This document shows positions 29,801-47,800 of a stretch of DNA of 64,000 bases, one piece after another (the first letter of the stretch is position 1; every line of letters begins with the position of its first letter). Under the pieces are notes generated by a model. It saw nothing but the letters and a program-made list of their open reading frames with translations. It made no database searches and had not been told where the DNA came from. The DNA lies in contig OZ024742.1 in the NCBI GenBank assembly GCA_964016885.1, positions 250,542,001 to 250,606,000 of the forward strand. The letters run 5' to 3'. Source of the stretch: Eledone cirrhosa. Taxonomy: Eukaryota. A program made the translations under genes and the position numbers.

Positions 29801-32800
29801 GTAGCACTAACAACAGCCACAACGACAGCAACAACAACAGTAGCACTAATAACAGCCACAACAACAACAATACTAGCACTAACAACAGCCACAACAACAA
29901 CAACAACAGTAGCACTAACAACAGCCACAACAACAACAACAGTAGCACTAAGAACAGCCACAACAACAACATCAACAACAACAGTTACACTAACAACAGC
30001 CACAACAATAACAACAGTAGCACTAACAACAGCCACAACGACAACAACAGAAGCACTAACAGCCACAACAACCACAACAACAGTAGCACTAACAACAGCC
30101 ACAACAACAACAACAACAGTAGCACTAACAACAGCCACAACAACAACAACAGTAGCACTAACTACAGCCACAACAACAACAACAACAACAACAGTAGCAC
30201 TAACAACAGCCACAACAACAAAAACAACAACAACAGTAGCACTAACAACAACCACAACAATAACAACAGTAGCACTAACAACAGCCACAACAACAACAAC
30301 AGTAGCACTAACAACAGCCACCACAACAACAACAACAACAACAAGAGTAGCACAAACAACAGCCACAACAATAACAACAGTAGCATTAACAACAGCCACA
30401 ACAACAACAACAGTACCACTAACAACAGCCACAACAACAAAAACAGTTGCACTAACAAAAGCCACAACAACAACAGTAGCATTAACAACAGCCACAACAA
30501 CAACAGTAGCACTAACAACAACAACAACAACAACAACAACAGTAGCACTAACAACAACAACAACAACAGTAGCAGTAACAACAACAACAACAACAACAAC
30601 AACAGTAGCACTAACAACAGCCACAATAACAACAACAGTAGCACTAACAACAGCCACAACAACAACAACAATAGCACTAACAACAGCCACAACAACAACA
30701 GTTGCACTAACAACAGCCACAACAACAACAACAGTAGCACTAACAACAGCCAAAACAACAACAGTAGCACTAACAACAGCCACAACAACAACAACAGTAG
30801 CACTAACAACAGCCACAACAACAACAACAGTAGCACTAACAACAGCCACAACAACAACAACAGTAGCACTAACAACAGCCACAACAACAACAACAACAAC
30901 AACAACAGTAGCACTAACAACAGCCACCACAACAACAACAACAATAGCACTAACAACAGCCAAAACAACAACAGTAGCACTAACAACAGCCACAACAACA
31001 ACAACAGTAGCACTAACAACAGCCACAGCAACAACAACAGTAGCACTAACAACAGCCACAACAACAACAACAACAGTAGCACTACCAACAGCCACAACAA
31101 CTGCAACAGTAGCACTAACAACAGCCACAACGAAAGCAACAACAACAGTAGCACTAACAACAGCCACAATAACAACAACAGTAGCACTAACAACAGCCAC
31201 AACAACAACAACAGTAGCACTAACAACAGCCACAACAACAACAACAGTAGCACTAACAACAGCCACAACAACAACAACAACAACAGTAGCACTAACAACA
31301 GCCACAACAACAACAACAACAGTAACACTAACAACAGCCACAGCAACAACAGTAGCACTAACAACAGCCACAACAACAACAGTAGCACTAACAACAGCCA
31401 CAACAACAACAACAGTAGCACTAACAACAGCCACAACAATAGTAGCACTAACAACAGCCACAACAACAACAGTAGCACTAACAACAGCCACATCAACAAC
31501 AACATTAACACTAACAACAGCCACAACAACAACAACAGTAGCACTAACAACAGCCACAACAACAACAGCAACAGTAGCACTAACAACAGCCACAACAACA
31601 ACAACAGTAGCACTAACAACAGCCACAACGACAGCAAGAACAACAGTAGCACTAATAACAGCCACAACAACAACAATACTAGCACTAACAACAGCCACAA
31701 CAACAACAACAACAGTAGCACTAACAACAGCCACAACAACAACAACAGTAGCACTAACAACAGCCACAACAACAACAGCAACAGTAGCACTAACAACAGC
31801 CACAACAACAACAACAGTAGCACTAACAACAGCCACAACGACAGCAACAACAACAGTAGCACTAATAACAGCCACAACAACAACAATACTAGCACTAACA
31901 ACAGCCACAACAACAACAACAACAGTAGCACTAACAACAGCCACAACAACAACAACAGTAGCACTAACAACAGCCACAACAACAACATCAACAACAACAG
32001 TTACACTAACAACAGCCACAACAATAACAACAGTAGCACTAACAACAGCCACAACGACAACAACAGAAGCACTAACAACAGCCACAACAACCACAACAAC
32101 AGTAGCACTAACAACAGCCACAACAACAACAACAACAGTAGCACTAACAACAGCCACAACAACAACAACAGTAGCACTAACTACAGCCACAACAACAACA
32201 ACAACAACAACAGTAGCACTAACAACAGCCACAACAACAAAAACAACAACAACAGTAGCACTAACAACAACCACAACAATAACAACAGTAGCACTAACAA
32301 CAGCCACAACAACAACAACAGTAGCACTAACAACAGCCACCACAACAACAACAACAACAACAAGAGTAGCACAAACAACAGCCACAACAATAACAACAGT
32401 AGCATTAACAACAGCCACAACAACAACAACAGTACCACTAACAACAGCCACAACAACAACAACAGTTGCACTAACAAAAGCCACAACAACAACAGTAGCA
32501 TTAACAACAGCCACAACAACAACAGTAGCACTAACAACAACAACAACAACAACAACAACAGTAGCACTAACAACAACAACAACAACAGTAGCAGTAACAA
32601 CAACAACAACAACAACAACAACAGTAGCACTAACAACAGCCACAATAACAACAACAGTAGCACTAACAACAGCCACAACAACAACAACAATAGCACTAAC
32701 AACAGCCACAACAACAACAGTTGCACTAACAACAGCCACAACAACAACAACAGTAGCACTAACAACAGCCACAACAACAACAGTAGCACTAACAACAGCC

Positions 32801-35800
32801 ACAACAACAACAACAGTAGCACTAACAACAGCCACAACAACAACAACAGTAGCACTAACAACAGCCACAACAACAACAACAGTAGCACTAACAACAGCCA
32901 CAACAACAACAACAACAACAACAACAGTAGCACTAACAACAGCCACAACAACAACAACAACAATAGCACTAACAACAGCCAAAACAACAACAGTAGCACT
33001 AACAACAGCCACAACAACAACAACAGTAGCACTAACAACAGCCACAGCAACAACAACAGTAGCACTAACAACAGCCACAACAACAACAACAACAACAGTA
33101 GCACTACCAACAGCCACAACAACTGCAACAGTAGCACTAACAACAGCCACAACGAAAGCAACAACAACAGTAGCACTAACAACAGCCACAATAACAACAA
33201 CAGTAGCACTAACAACAGCCACAACAACAACAACAGTAGCACTAACAACAGCCACAACAACAACAACAGTAGCACTAACAACAGCCACAACAACAACAAC
33301 AACAACAGTAGCACTAACAACAGCCACAACAACAACAACAACAGTAACACTAACAACAGCCACAGCAACAACAGTAGCACTAACAACAGCCACAACAACA
33401 ACAGTAGCACTAACAACAGCCACAACAACAACAACAGTAGCACTAACAACAGCCACAACAATAGTAGCACTAACAACAGCCACAACAACAACAGTAGCAC
33501 TAACAACAGCCACATCAACAACAACATTAACACTAACAACAGCCACAACAACAACAACAGTAGCACTAACAACAGCCACAACAACAACAGCAACAGTAGC
33601 ACTAACAACAGCCACAACAACAACAACAGTAGCACTAACAACAGCCACAACGACAGCAAGAACAACAGTAGCACTAATAACAGCCACAACAACAACAATA
33701 CTAGCACTAACAACAGCCACAACAACAACAACAACAGTAGCACTAACAACAGCCACAACAACAACAACAGTAGCACTAACAACAGCCACAACAACAACAT
33801 CAACAACAACAGTAACACTAACAACAGCCACAACAATAACAACAGTAGCACTAACAACAGCCACAACGACAACAACAGAAGCACTAACAACAGCCACAAC
33901 AACAACAACAACAGTAGCACTAACAACAGCCACAACAACAACAACAACAGTAGCACTAACAACAGCCACAACAACAACAACAACAGTAGCACTAAATACA
34001 GCCACAACAACAACAACAACAACAACAGTAGCACTAACAACAGCCACAACAACAAAAACAACAACAACAGTAGCACTAACAACAACCACAACAATAACAA
34101 CAGTAGCACTAACAACAGCCACAACAACAACAACAGTAGCACTAACAACAGCCACCACAACAACAACAACAACAACAAGAGTAGCACAAACAACAGCCAC
34201 AACAATAACAACAGTAGCATTAACAACAGCCACAACAACAACAACAGTACCACTAACAACAGCCACAACAACAACAACAGTTGCACTAACAAAAGCCACA
34301 ACAACAACAGTAGCATTAACAACAGCCACAACAACAACAGTAGCACTAACAACAACAACAACAATAACAACAACAGTAGCACTAACAACAGCCACAACAA
34401 CAACAGTTGCACTAACAACAGCCACAACAACAACAACAGTAGCACTAACAACAGCCACAACAACAACAACAGTAGCACTAACAACAGCCACAACAACAAC
34501 AGTAGCACTAACAACAGCCACAACAACAACAACAGTAGCACTAACAACAGCCACAACAACAACAACAGTAGCACTAACAACAGCCACAACAACAACAACA
34601 GTAGCACTAACAACAGCCACAACAACAACAACAACAACAACAACAGTAGCACTAACAACAGCCACAACAACAACAACAACAATAGCACTAACAACAGCCA
34701 AAACAACAACAGTAGCACTAACAACAGCCACAACAACAACAACAGTAGCACTAACAACAGCCACAGCAACAACAACAGTAGCACTAACAACAGCCACAAC
34801 AACAACAACAACAACAGTAGCACTACCAACAGCCACAACAACTGCAACAGTAGCACTAACAACAGCCACAACGAAAGCAACAACAACAGTAGCACTAACA
34901 ACAGCCACAATAACAACAACAGTAGCACTAACAACAGCCACAACAACAACAACAGTAGCACTAACAACAGCCACAACAACAACATCAACAACAACAGTAA
35001 CACTAACAACAGCCACAACAATAACAACAGTAGCACTAACAACAGCCACAACGACAACAACAGAAGCACTAACAACAGCCACAACAACAACAACAACAGT
35101 AGCACTAACAACAGCCACAACAACAACAACAACAGTAGCACTAACAACAGCCACAACAACAACAACAGTAGCACTAACTACAGCCACAACAACAACAACA
35201 ACAACAACAGTAGCACTAACAACAGCCACAACAACAAAAACAACAACAACAGTAGCACTAACAACAACCACAACAATAACAACAGTAGCACTAACAACAG
35301 CCACAACAACAACAACAGTAGCACTAACAACAGCCACCACAACAACAACAACAACAACAAGAGTAGCACAAACAACAGCCACAACAATAACAACAGTAGC
35401 ATTAACAACAGCCACAACAACAACAACAGTACCACTAACAACAGCCACAACAACAACAACAGTTGCACTAACAAAAGCCACAACAACAACAGTAGCATTA
35501 ACAACAGCCACAACAACAACAGTAGCACTAACAACAACAACAACAACAACAACAACAGTAGCACTAACAACAACAACAACAACAGTAGCAGTAACAACAA
35601 CAACAACAACAACAACAACAGTAGCACTAACAACAGCCACAATAACAACAACAGTAGCACTAACAACAGCCACAACAACAACAGTAGCACTAACAACAGC
35701 CACAACAACAACAACAACAGTAGCACTAACAACAGCCACAACAACAACAACAGTAGCACTTACAACAGCCACAACAACAAAAACAACAGTAGCACTAACA

Positions 35801-38800
35801 ACAGCCACAACAACAACAACAGTAGCACTAACAACAGCCACAACAACAACAACATTAGCACTAACAACAGCCACAACAACAACAACAGTAGCACTAACAA
35901 CAGCCCCAACAACAACAACAGTAGCACTAACAACAGCCACAACAACAACAACAACAGTGGCACTAACCACAGCCACAACAACAACAACAACAACAGCCAC
36001 AACAACAACAACAACAACAACAGTAGCACTAACAACAGCCACAACAACAACAACAACAACAGCCACAACAACAACAACAACAACAACAACAAGAGTAGCA
36101 CTAACAACAGCCACAACAACAACAACAGCAGCACTAACAACAGCCACAACAACAACAACAACAGTAGCACTAACAACAGCTACAACAACAACAACAGTAG
36201 CACTAACTACAGCAACAACAACAACAACAACAGTAACACTAACAACAGCCACAGCAACAACAGTAGAACTAACAACAGCCACAACAACAACAGTAGCACT
36301 AACAACAGCCACAACAACAACAACAGTAGCACTAACAACAGCCGCAACAACAACAACAGTAGCACTAACAACAGCCACAACAACAACAGTAGCACTAACA
36401 ACAGCCACAACAACAACAACAGTAGCACTAACAACAGCCACAACAACAACAACAACAGTAGCACTAACAACAGCCACAACAACAACAATAGTAGCACTAA
36501 CAACAGCCACAACAACAACAACAGTAGCACTAACAACAGCCACAACAACAACAACAACAGTAGCACTAACAACACCCACAACAACAACAACAGTAGCACT
36601 AACAACAGCCACAACAACAACAACAGTAGCACTAATAACAGCCACAACAACAACAACAGTAGCACTAACAACAGCCACAACAACAACAACAACAACAGTA
36701 GCACTAACAACAGCCACAACAACAACAACAACAATAGCACTAACAACAGCCACAACAACAACAACAGTAGCACTAACAACAGCCACAACAACAACAACAA
36801 CAGTAGCACTAACAACAGCCACAACAACAACAACAACAACAGTAGCACTACCAACAGCCACAATAACTGCAACAGTAGCACTAACAACAGCCACAACGAA
36901 AGCAACAACAACAGTAGCACTAACAACAGCCACAATAACAACAACAGTAGCACTAACAACAGCCACAACAACAACAGTAGCACTAACAACAGCCACAACA
37001 ACAACAACAGTAGCACTAACAACAGCCACAACAACAACAACAACAGTAGCACTAACAACAGCCACAACAACAACAACAACAGTAACACTAACAACAGCCA
37101 CAGCAACAACAGTAGCACTAACAACAGCCACAACAACAACAGTAGCACTAACAACAGCCACAACAACAACAACAGTAGCACTAACAACAGCCACAACAAT
37201 AGTAGCACTAACAACAGCCACAACAACAACAGTAGCACTAACAACAGCCACATCAACAACAACATTAACACTAACAACAGCCACAACAACAACAACAGTA
37301 GCACTAACAACAGCCACAACAACAACAGCAACAGTAGCACTAACAACAGCCACAACAACAACAACAGTAGCACTAACAACAGCCACAACGACAGCAACAA
37401 CAACAGTAGCACTAATAACAGCCACAACAACAACAATACTAGCACTAACAACAGCCACAACAACAACAACAACAGTAGCACTAACAACAGCCACAACAAC
37501 AACAACAGTAGCACTAAGAACAGCCACAACAACAACATCAACAACAACAGTTACACTAACAACAGCCACAACAATAACAACAGTAGCACTAACAACAGCC
37601 ACAACGACAACAACAGAAGCACTAACAACAGCCACAACAACCACAACAACAGTAGCACTAACAACAGCCACAACAACAACAACAACAGTAGCACTAACAA
37701 CAGCCACAACAACAACAACAGTAGCACTAACTACAGCCACAACAACAACAACAACAACAACAGTAGCACTAACAACAGCCACAACAACAAAAACAACAAC
37801 AACAGTAGCACTAACAACAACCACAACAATAACAACAGTAGCACTAACAACAGCCACAACAACAACAACAGTAGCACTAACAACAGCCACCACAACAACA
37901 ACAACAACAACAAGAGTAGCACAAACAACAGCCACAACAATAACAACAGTAGCATTAACAACAGCCACAACAACAACAACAGTACCACTAACAACAGCCA
38001 CAACAACAAAAACAGTTGCACTAACAAAAGCCACAACAACAACAGTAGCATTAACAACAGCCACAACAACAACAGTAGCACTAACAACAACAACAACAAC
38101 AACAACAACAGTAGCACTAACAACAACAACAACAACAGTAGCAGTAACAACAACAACAACAACAACAACAACAGTAGCACTAACAACAGCCACAATAACA
38201 ACAACAGTAGCACTAACAACAGCCACAACAACAACAACAATAGCACTAACAACAGCCACAACAACAACAGTTGCACTAACAACAGCCACAACAACAACAA
38301 CAGTAGCACTAACAACAGCCAAAACAACAACAGTAGCACTAACAACAGCCACAACAACAACAACAGTAGCACTAACAACAGCCACAACAACAACAACAGT
38401 AGCACTAACAACAGCCACAACAACAACAACAGTAGCACTAACAACAGCCACAACAACAACAACAACAACAACAACAGTAGCACTAACAACAGCCACAACA
38501 ACAACAACAACAATAGCACTAACAACAGCCAAAACAACAACAGTAGCACTAACAACAGCCACAACAACAACAACAGTAGCACTAACAACAGCCACAGCAA
38601 CAACAACAGTAGCACTAACAACAGCCACAACAACAACAACAACAACAGTAGCACTACCAACAGCCACAACAACTGCAACAGTAGCACTAACAACAGCCAC
38701 AACGAAAGCAACAACAACAGTAGCACTAACAACAGCCACAATAACAACAACAGTAGCACTAACAACAGCCACAACAACAACAACAGTAGCACTAACAACA

Positions 38801-41800
38801 GCCACAACAACAACAACAGTAGCACTAACAACAGCCACAACAACAACAACAACAACAGTAGCACTAACAACAGCCACAACAACAACAACAACAGTAACAC
38901 TAACAACAGCCACAGCAACAACAGTAGCACTAACAACAGCCACAACAACAACAGTAGCACTAACAACAGCCACAACAACAACAACAGTAGCACTAACAAC
39001 AGCCACAACAATAGTAGCACTAACAACAGCCACAACAACAACAGTAGCACTAACAACAGCCACATCAACAACAACATTAACACTAACAACAGCCACAACA
39101 ACAACAACAGTAGCACTAACAACAGCCACAACAACAACAGCAACAGTAGCACTAACAACAGCCACAACAACAACAACAGTAGCACTAACAACAGCCACAA
39201 CGACAGCAAGAACAACAGTAGCACTAATAACAGCCACAACAACAACAATACTAGCACTAACAACAGCCACAACAACAACAACAACAGTAGCACTAACAAC
39301 AGCCACAACAACAACAACAGTAGCACTAACAACAGCCACAACAACAACATCAACAACAACAGTAACACTAACAACAGCCACAACAATAACAACAGTAGCA
39401 CTAACAACAGCCACAACGACAACAACAGAAGCACTAACAACAGCCACAACAACAACAACAACAGTAGCACTAACAACAGCCACAACAACAACAACAACAG
39501 TAGCACTAACAACAGCCACAACAACAACAACAACAGTAGCACTAAATACAGCCACAACAACAACAACAACAACAACAGTAGCACTAACAACAGCCACAAC
39601 AACAAAAACAACAACAACAGTAGCACTAACAACAACCACAACAATAACAACAGTAGCACTAACAACAGCCACAACAACAACAACAGTAGCACTAACAACA
39701 GCCACCACAACAACAACAACAACAACAAGAGTAGCACAAACAACAGCCACAACAATAACAACAGTAGCATTAACAACAGCCACAACAACAACAACAGTAC
39801 CACTAACAACAGCCACAACAACAACAACAGTTGCACTAACAAAAGCCACAACAACAACAGTAGCATTAACAACAGCCACAACAACAACAGTAGCACTAAC
39901 AACAACAACAACAATAACAACAACAGTAGCACTAACAACAGCCACAACAACAACAGTTGCACTAACAACAGCCACAACAACAACAACAGTAGCACTAACA
40001 ACAGCCACAACAACAACAACAGTAGCACTAACAACAGCCACAACAACAACAGTAGCACTAACAACAGCCACAACAACAACAGTAGCACTAACAACAGCCA
40101 CAACAACAACAACAGTAGCACTAACAACAGCCACAACAACAACAACAGTAGCACTAACAACAGCCACAACAACAACAACAACAACAACAACAGTAGCACT
40201 AACAACAGCCACAACAACAACAACAACAATAGCACTAACAACAGCCAAAACAACAACAGTAGCACTAACAACAGCCACAACAACAACAACAGTAGCACTA
40301 ACAACAGCCACAGCAACAACAACAGTAGCACTAACAACAGCCACAACAACAACAACAACAACAGTAGCACTACCAACAGCCACAACAACTGCAACAGTAG
40401 CACTAACAACAGCCACAACGAAAGCAACAACAACAGTAGCACTAACAACAGCCACAATAACAACAACAGTAGCACTAACAACAGCCACAACAACAACAAC
40501 AGTAGCACTAACAACAGCCACAACAACAACATCAACAACAACAGTAACACTAACAACAGCCACAACAATAACAACAGTAGCACTAACAACAGCCACAACG
40601 ACAACAACAGAAGCACTAACAACAGCCACAACAACAACAACAACAGTAGCACTAACAACAGCCACAACAACAACAACAACAGTAGCACTAACAACAGCCA
40701 CAACAACAACAACAGTAGCACTAACTACAGCCACAACAACAACAACAACAACAACAGTAGCACTAACAACAGCCACAACAACAAAAACAACAACAACAGT
40801 AGCACTAACAACAACCACAACAATAACAACAGTAGCACTAACAACAGCCACAACAACAACAACAGTAGCACTAACAACAGCCACCACAACAACAACAACA
40901 ACAACAAGAGTAGCACAAACAACAGCCACAACAATAACAACAGTAGCATTAACAACAGCCACAACAACAACAACAGTACCACTAACAACAGCCACAACAA
41001 CAACAACAGTTGCACTAACAAAAGCCACAACAACAACAGTAGCATTAACAACAGCCACAACAACAACAGTAGCACTAACAACAACAACAACAACAACAAC
41101 AACAGTAGCACTAACAACAACAACAACAACAGTAGCAGTAACAACAACAACAACAACAACAACAACAGTAGCACTAACAACAGCCACAATAACAACAACA
41201 GTAGCACTAACAACAGCCACAACAACAACAGTAGCACTAACAACAGCCACAACAACAACAACAACAGTAGCACTAACAACAGCCACAACAACAACAACAG
41301 TAGCACTTACAACAGCCACAACAACAAAAACAACAGTAGCACTAACAACAGCCACAACAACAACAACAGTAGCACTAACAACAGCCACAACAACAACAAC
41401 ATTAGCACTAACAACAGCCACAACAACAACAACAACAGTAGCACTAACAACAGCCCCAACAACAACAACAGTAGCACTAACAACAGCCACAACAACAACA
41501 ACAACAGTGGCACTAACCACAGCCACAACAACAACAACAACAATAACACTAACAACAGCCGCAACAACAACAACAGTAGCATTAACAAAAGCCACAACAA
41601 CAACAACAGTAGCACTAACAACAGCCACAACAACAACAACAGTAGCACTTACAACAGCCACAACAACAAAAACAACAGTAGCACTAACAACAGCCACAAC
41701 AACAACAACAGTAGCACTAACAACAGCCACAACAACAACAACATTAGCACTAACAACAGCCACAACAACAACAACAACAGCCACAACAACAACAACAACA

Positions 41801-44800
41801 GTAGCACTAACAACAGCCACAACAACAACAACAACAACAGCCACAACAACAACAACAACAACAACAGTAGCACTAACAACAGCCACAACAACAACAACAA
41901 CAACAGCCACAACAACAACAACAACAACAACAAGAGTAGCACTAACAACAGCCACAACAACAACAACAGCAGCACTAACAACAGCCACAACAACAACAAC
42001 AACAGTAGCACTAACAACAGCTACAACAACAACAACAGTAGCACTAACTACAGCAACAACAACAACAACAACAGTAGCACTAACAACAGCCGCAACAACA
42101 ACAACAGTAGCACTAACAACAGCCACAACAACAACAGTAGCACTAACAACAGCCACAACAACAACAACAGTAGCACTAACAACAGCCACAACAACAACAA
42201 CAACAGTAGCACTAACAACAGCCACAACAACAACAATAGTAGCACTAACAACAGCCACAACAACAACAACAGTAGCACTAACAACAGCCACAACAACAAC
42301 AACAACAGTAGCACTAACAACAGCCACAACAACAACAACAACACTAGCACTAACAACAGCCACAACAACTACAGTAGCACTAACAACAGCCACAACAACA
42401 ACAAAATGTAGCACTAACAACAGCCACAACAACAACAACAACAACAGTAGCACTAACAAAAGCCACAACAACAACAACAGTAGCACTAACAACAGCCACA
42501 AAACAAAAGCACTAACAACAGCCACAACAACAACAGTAGCACTAACAACAGCCACAACAACACAACAGTAGCACTAACAACAGCCACAACAACAACAACA
42601 GTAGCACTAACAACAGCCACAACAACAACAGCAACAGTGGCACTAACAACAGCCACAACAACAACAACAGTAGCACTAACAACAGCCACAACAAAAACAG
42701 TTGCACTAACAACAGCCACAACAACAACAACAGTAGCACTAACAACAGCCACAACAACAACAGCAACAGTAGCACTAACAACAGCCACAACAACAACAAC
42801 AGTAGCACTAACAACAGCCACAACAACAACAGTTGCACTAACAACAGCCACAACAACAACAACAGTAGCACTAACAACAGCCACAACAACAACAGCAACA
42901 GTAGCACTAACAACAGCCACAACAACAACAACAGTAGCACTAACAACAGCCACAACAACAACAGTTGCACTAACAACAGCCACAACAACAACAACAGTAG
43001 CACTAACAACAGCCACAACAATATCAACAGTAGCACTAACAACAGCCACAACAACAACAGCAACAGTAGCACTAACAACAGCCACAACAACAACAACAGT
43101 AGCACTAACAACAGCCACAACAACAACAACAGTAGCACTAACAACAGCCACAACAACAACAGCAACAGTAGCACTAACAACAGCCACAACAACAACAACA
43201 GTAGCACTAACAACAGCCACAACAACAACAACAGTAGCACTAACAACAGCCACAACAAAAACAGTTGCACTAACAACAGCCACAACAACAACAACAGTAG
43301 GACTAACAACAGCCACAACAACAACAGCAACAGTAGCACTAACAACAGCCACAACAACAACAACAGTAGCACTAACAACAGCCACAACAACAACAGCAAC
43401 AGTAGCACTAACAACAGCCACAACAACAACAACAACAACAACAGTAGCACTAACAACAGCCACAACAACAACAGTTGCACTAACAACAGCCACAACAACA
43501 ACAACAGTAGCACTAACAACAGCCACAACAACAACAGCAACAGTAGCACTAACAACAGCCACAACAACAACAACAACAACAACAGTAGCACTAACAACAG
43601 CCACAACAACAACAGTAGCACTAACAACAGCCACAACAACAACAGTAGCACTAACAACAGCCACAACAACAACAACAACAACAACAATAGCACTAACAAC
43701 AGCCACAACAACACCAACAGTAGCACTAACAACAGCCACAAAAACAACAACAACAGTTGCACTAACAACAGCCACAACAACAACAACAGTAGCACTAACA
43801 ACAGCCACAACAACAACAACAACAGTAGCACTAACAACAGCCACAACAACAACAGTAGCACTAACAACAGCCACAACAACAACAACAACAATAGCACTAA
43901 CAACAGCCACAACAACAACAACAACAGTAGCACTAACAACAGCCACAACAACAACAACAACAATAGCACTAACAACAGCCACAACAACAACAACAGTAGC
44001 ACTAACAACAGCCACAACAACAACAACAACAGTAGCACTAACAACAGCCACAACAACAACAACAGTAGCACTAACAACAGCCACAACAACAACAACAACA
44101 GTAGTACTAACAACAGCCACAACAAAAACAACAGTAGCACTAACAACAGCCACAACAACAACAACAGTAGCACTAACAAAAGCCACAACAACAACAGTAG
44201 CACTACCAACATCCACAACTACAACAGTAGCACTAACAACAGCAACAACGACAGCAACAACAACAGTAGCACTAACAACAGCCACAACAACAACAACAAC
44301 AGTAGTACTAACAACAGCCACAACAACAACAACAGTAGCCCTAACAACAGCCACAACAACAACAACAACAGTAGCACTAACAACAGCCACAATAACAACA
44401 ACAGTAGCACTAAAAACAGCCACAACAACAACAACAGTAGCACTAACAACAGCTACAACAACAACAGTAGCACTAACAACAGCCACAACAACAACAACAA
44501 CAATAGCACTAACAACAGCCACAACAACAAGAACAGTAGCACTAACAACAACCACAACAACAGTAGCACTAACAACAGCCACAACAACAACAGTAGAACT
44601 AACAACAGCCACAACAACAACAACAGTAACACTAACACCAGCCACAACAACAACAATAGTAGTACTAACAACAACCACAACAACAACAGCCACAACAACA
44701 ACAACAGTAGCACTAACAACAGCCACAACAACAACAACAACAACAGTAGCACTAACAACAGCCACAACAACAACAACAACAATAGCACTAACAACAGCCA

Positions 44801-47800
44801 CAACAACAAGAACAGTAGCACTAACAACAACCACAACAACAGTAGCACTAACAACAGCCACAACAACAACAACAACAACAGTAGCACTAACAACAGCCAC
44901 AACAACAACATTAGCACTAACAACAGCCACAACAACAACAACAGTAGCACTAACAACAGCCACAACAACAACAACAGTAGCACTAACAACAGCCACAACA
45001 ACAACAACAGTAGCACTAACAACGACCACAACAACAACAACAGTAGCACTAACAACAGCCACAACAACAACAACAACAGTTGCACTAACAACAGCCACAA
45101 CAACAACAATAGTAGCACTAACAACAGCCACAACAACAACAACAACAGTAGCACTAACAACAGCCACAACAACAACAACAGTAGCACTAACAACAGCCAC
45201 AACAACAACAACAACAATAGCACTAACAACAGCCACAACAACAACAACAACAGTAGCACTAACAACAGCCACAACAACAACAACAACAGTAGCACTAACA
45301 ACAGCCACAACAACAACAAGAACAGTAGCACTAACAACAGCCACAACAACAACAACAGTAGCACTAACAACAGCCACAACAACAACAACAGTAGCACTAA
45401 CAACAGCCACAACAACAACAACAGTAGCACTAACAACAGCCACAACAACAACAACAGTAGCACTAACAACGACCACAACAACAACAACAGTAGCACTAAC
45501 GACAGCCACAACAACAACAACAACAGTTGCACTAACAACAGCCACAACAACAACAATAGTAGCACTAACAACAGCCACAACAACAACAACAACAGTAGCA
45601 CTAACAACAGCCACAACAACAACAACAGTAGCACTAACAACAGCCACAACAACAACAACAACAATAGCACTAACAACAGCCACAACAACAACAACAACAG
45701 TAGCACTAACAACAGCCACAACAACAACAACAACAGTAGCACTAACAACAGCCACAACAACAACAAGAACAGTAGCACTAACAACAGCCACAACAACAAC
45801 AACAGTAGCACTAACAACAGCCACAACAACAACAACAGTAGCACTAACAACAGCCACAACAACAACAACAGTAGCACTAACAACAGCCACAACAACAACA
45901 ACAACAACAGTAGCACTAACAACAGCCACAACAACAACAACAACAGTAGCACTAACAACAGCCACAACAACAACAACAGTAGCACTAACAACAGCCACAA
46001 CAACAACAGTTGCACTAACAACAGCCACAACAACAACAACAGTAGCACTAACAACAGCCACAACAACATCAACAGTAGCACTAACAACAGCCACAGCAAC
46101 AACAGCAACAGTAGCACTAACAACAGCCACAACAACAACAACAGTAGCACTAACAACAGCCACAACAACAACAACAGTAGCACTAACAACAGCCACAACA
46201 ACAACAGCAACAGTAGCACGAACAACAGCCACAACAACAACAACAGTAGCACTAACAACAGCCACAACAACAACAACAGTAGCACTAACAACAGCCACAA
46301 CAAAAACAGTTGCACTAACAACAGCCACAACAACAACAACAGTAGGACTAACAACAGCCACAACAACAACAGCAACAGTAGCACTAACAACAGCCACAAC
46401 AACAACAACAGTAGCACTAACAACAGCCACAACAACAACAGTTGCACTAACAACAGCCACAACAACAATAACAGTAGCACTAACAACAGCCACAACAACA
46501 ACAGCAACAGTAGCACTAACAACAGCCACAACAACAACAACAGTAGCACTAACAACAGCCACAACAACAACAGTTGCACTAACAACAGCCACAACAACAA
46601 CAACAGTAGCACTAACAACAGCCACAACAACAACAACAGTAGCACTAACAACAGCCACAACAACAACAGCAACAGTAGCACTAACAACAGCCACAACAAC
46701 AACAACAGTAGCACTAACAACAGCCACAACAAGAACAGTTGCACTAACAACAGCCACAACAACAACAAAAGTAGCACTAACAACAGCCACAACAACAACA
46801 GTTGCACTAACAACAGCCACAACAACAACAAGAGTAGCACTAACAACAGCCACAACAACAACAACAACAGTAGCACGAACAACAGCCACAACAACAACAG
46901 CAACAGTAGCACTAACAACAGCCACAACAACAACGACAGTAGCACTAACAACAGCCACAACAACAACAGTTGCACTAACAACAGCCACAACAACAACAAC
47001 ACTAGCACTAACAACAGCCACAACAACAACAGTAGCTCTAACAACAGCCACAACAACAACAAAATGTAGCACTAACAACAGCCACAACAACAACAACAGT
47101 AGCACTAACAAAAGCCACAACAACAACAACAGTGGCACTAACAACAGCCACAACAACAACAACAGTAGCGCTAACAACGACCACAACAACAACAACAGTA
47201 GCACTAACAACAGCCACAACAACAACAACAACAGTTGCACTAACAACAGCCACAACAACAAAAATAGTAGCACTAACAACAGCCACAACAACAACAACAA
47301 CAGTAGCACTAACAACAGCCACAACAACAACAACAACAGTAGCACTAACAACAGCCACAACAACAACAACAACAGTAGCACTAACAACAGCCACAACAAC
47401 AACAACAACAGTAGCACTAACAACAGCCACAACAACAACAACAGTAGCACTAACAACAGCCACAACAACAACAACAGTAGCACTAACAACAGCCACAACA
47501 ACAACAACAGTAGCACTAACAACAGCCACAACAACAACAACAACAACAGTAGCACTAACAACAGCCACAACAACAATAACAACAGTAGCACTAACAACAG
47601 CCACAACAACAACAACAGTAGCACTAACAACAGCCACAACAACAACAGTTGCACTAACAACAGCCACAACAACAACAACAGTAGCACTAACAACAGCCAC
47701 AACAACATCAACAGTAGCACTAACAACAGCCACAACAACAACAGCAACAGTAGCACTAAAAACAGCCACAACAACAACAACAGTAGCACTAACAACAGCC

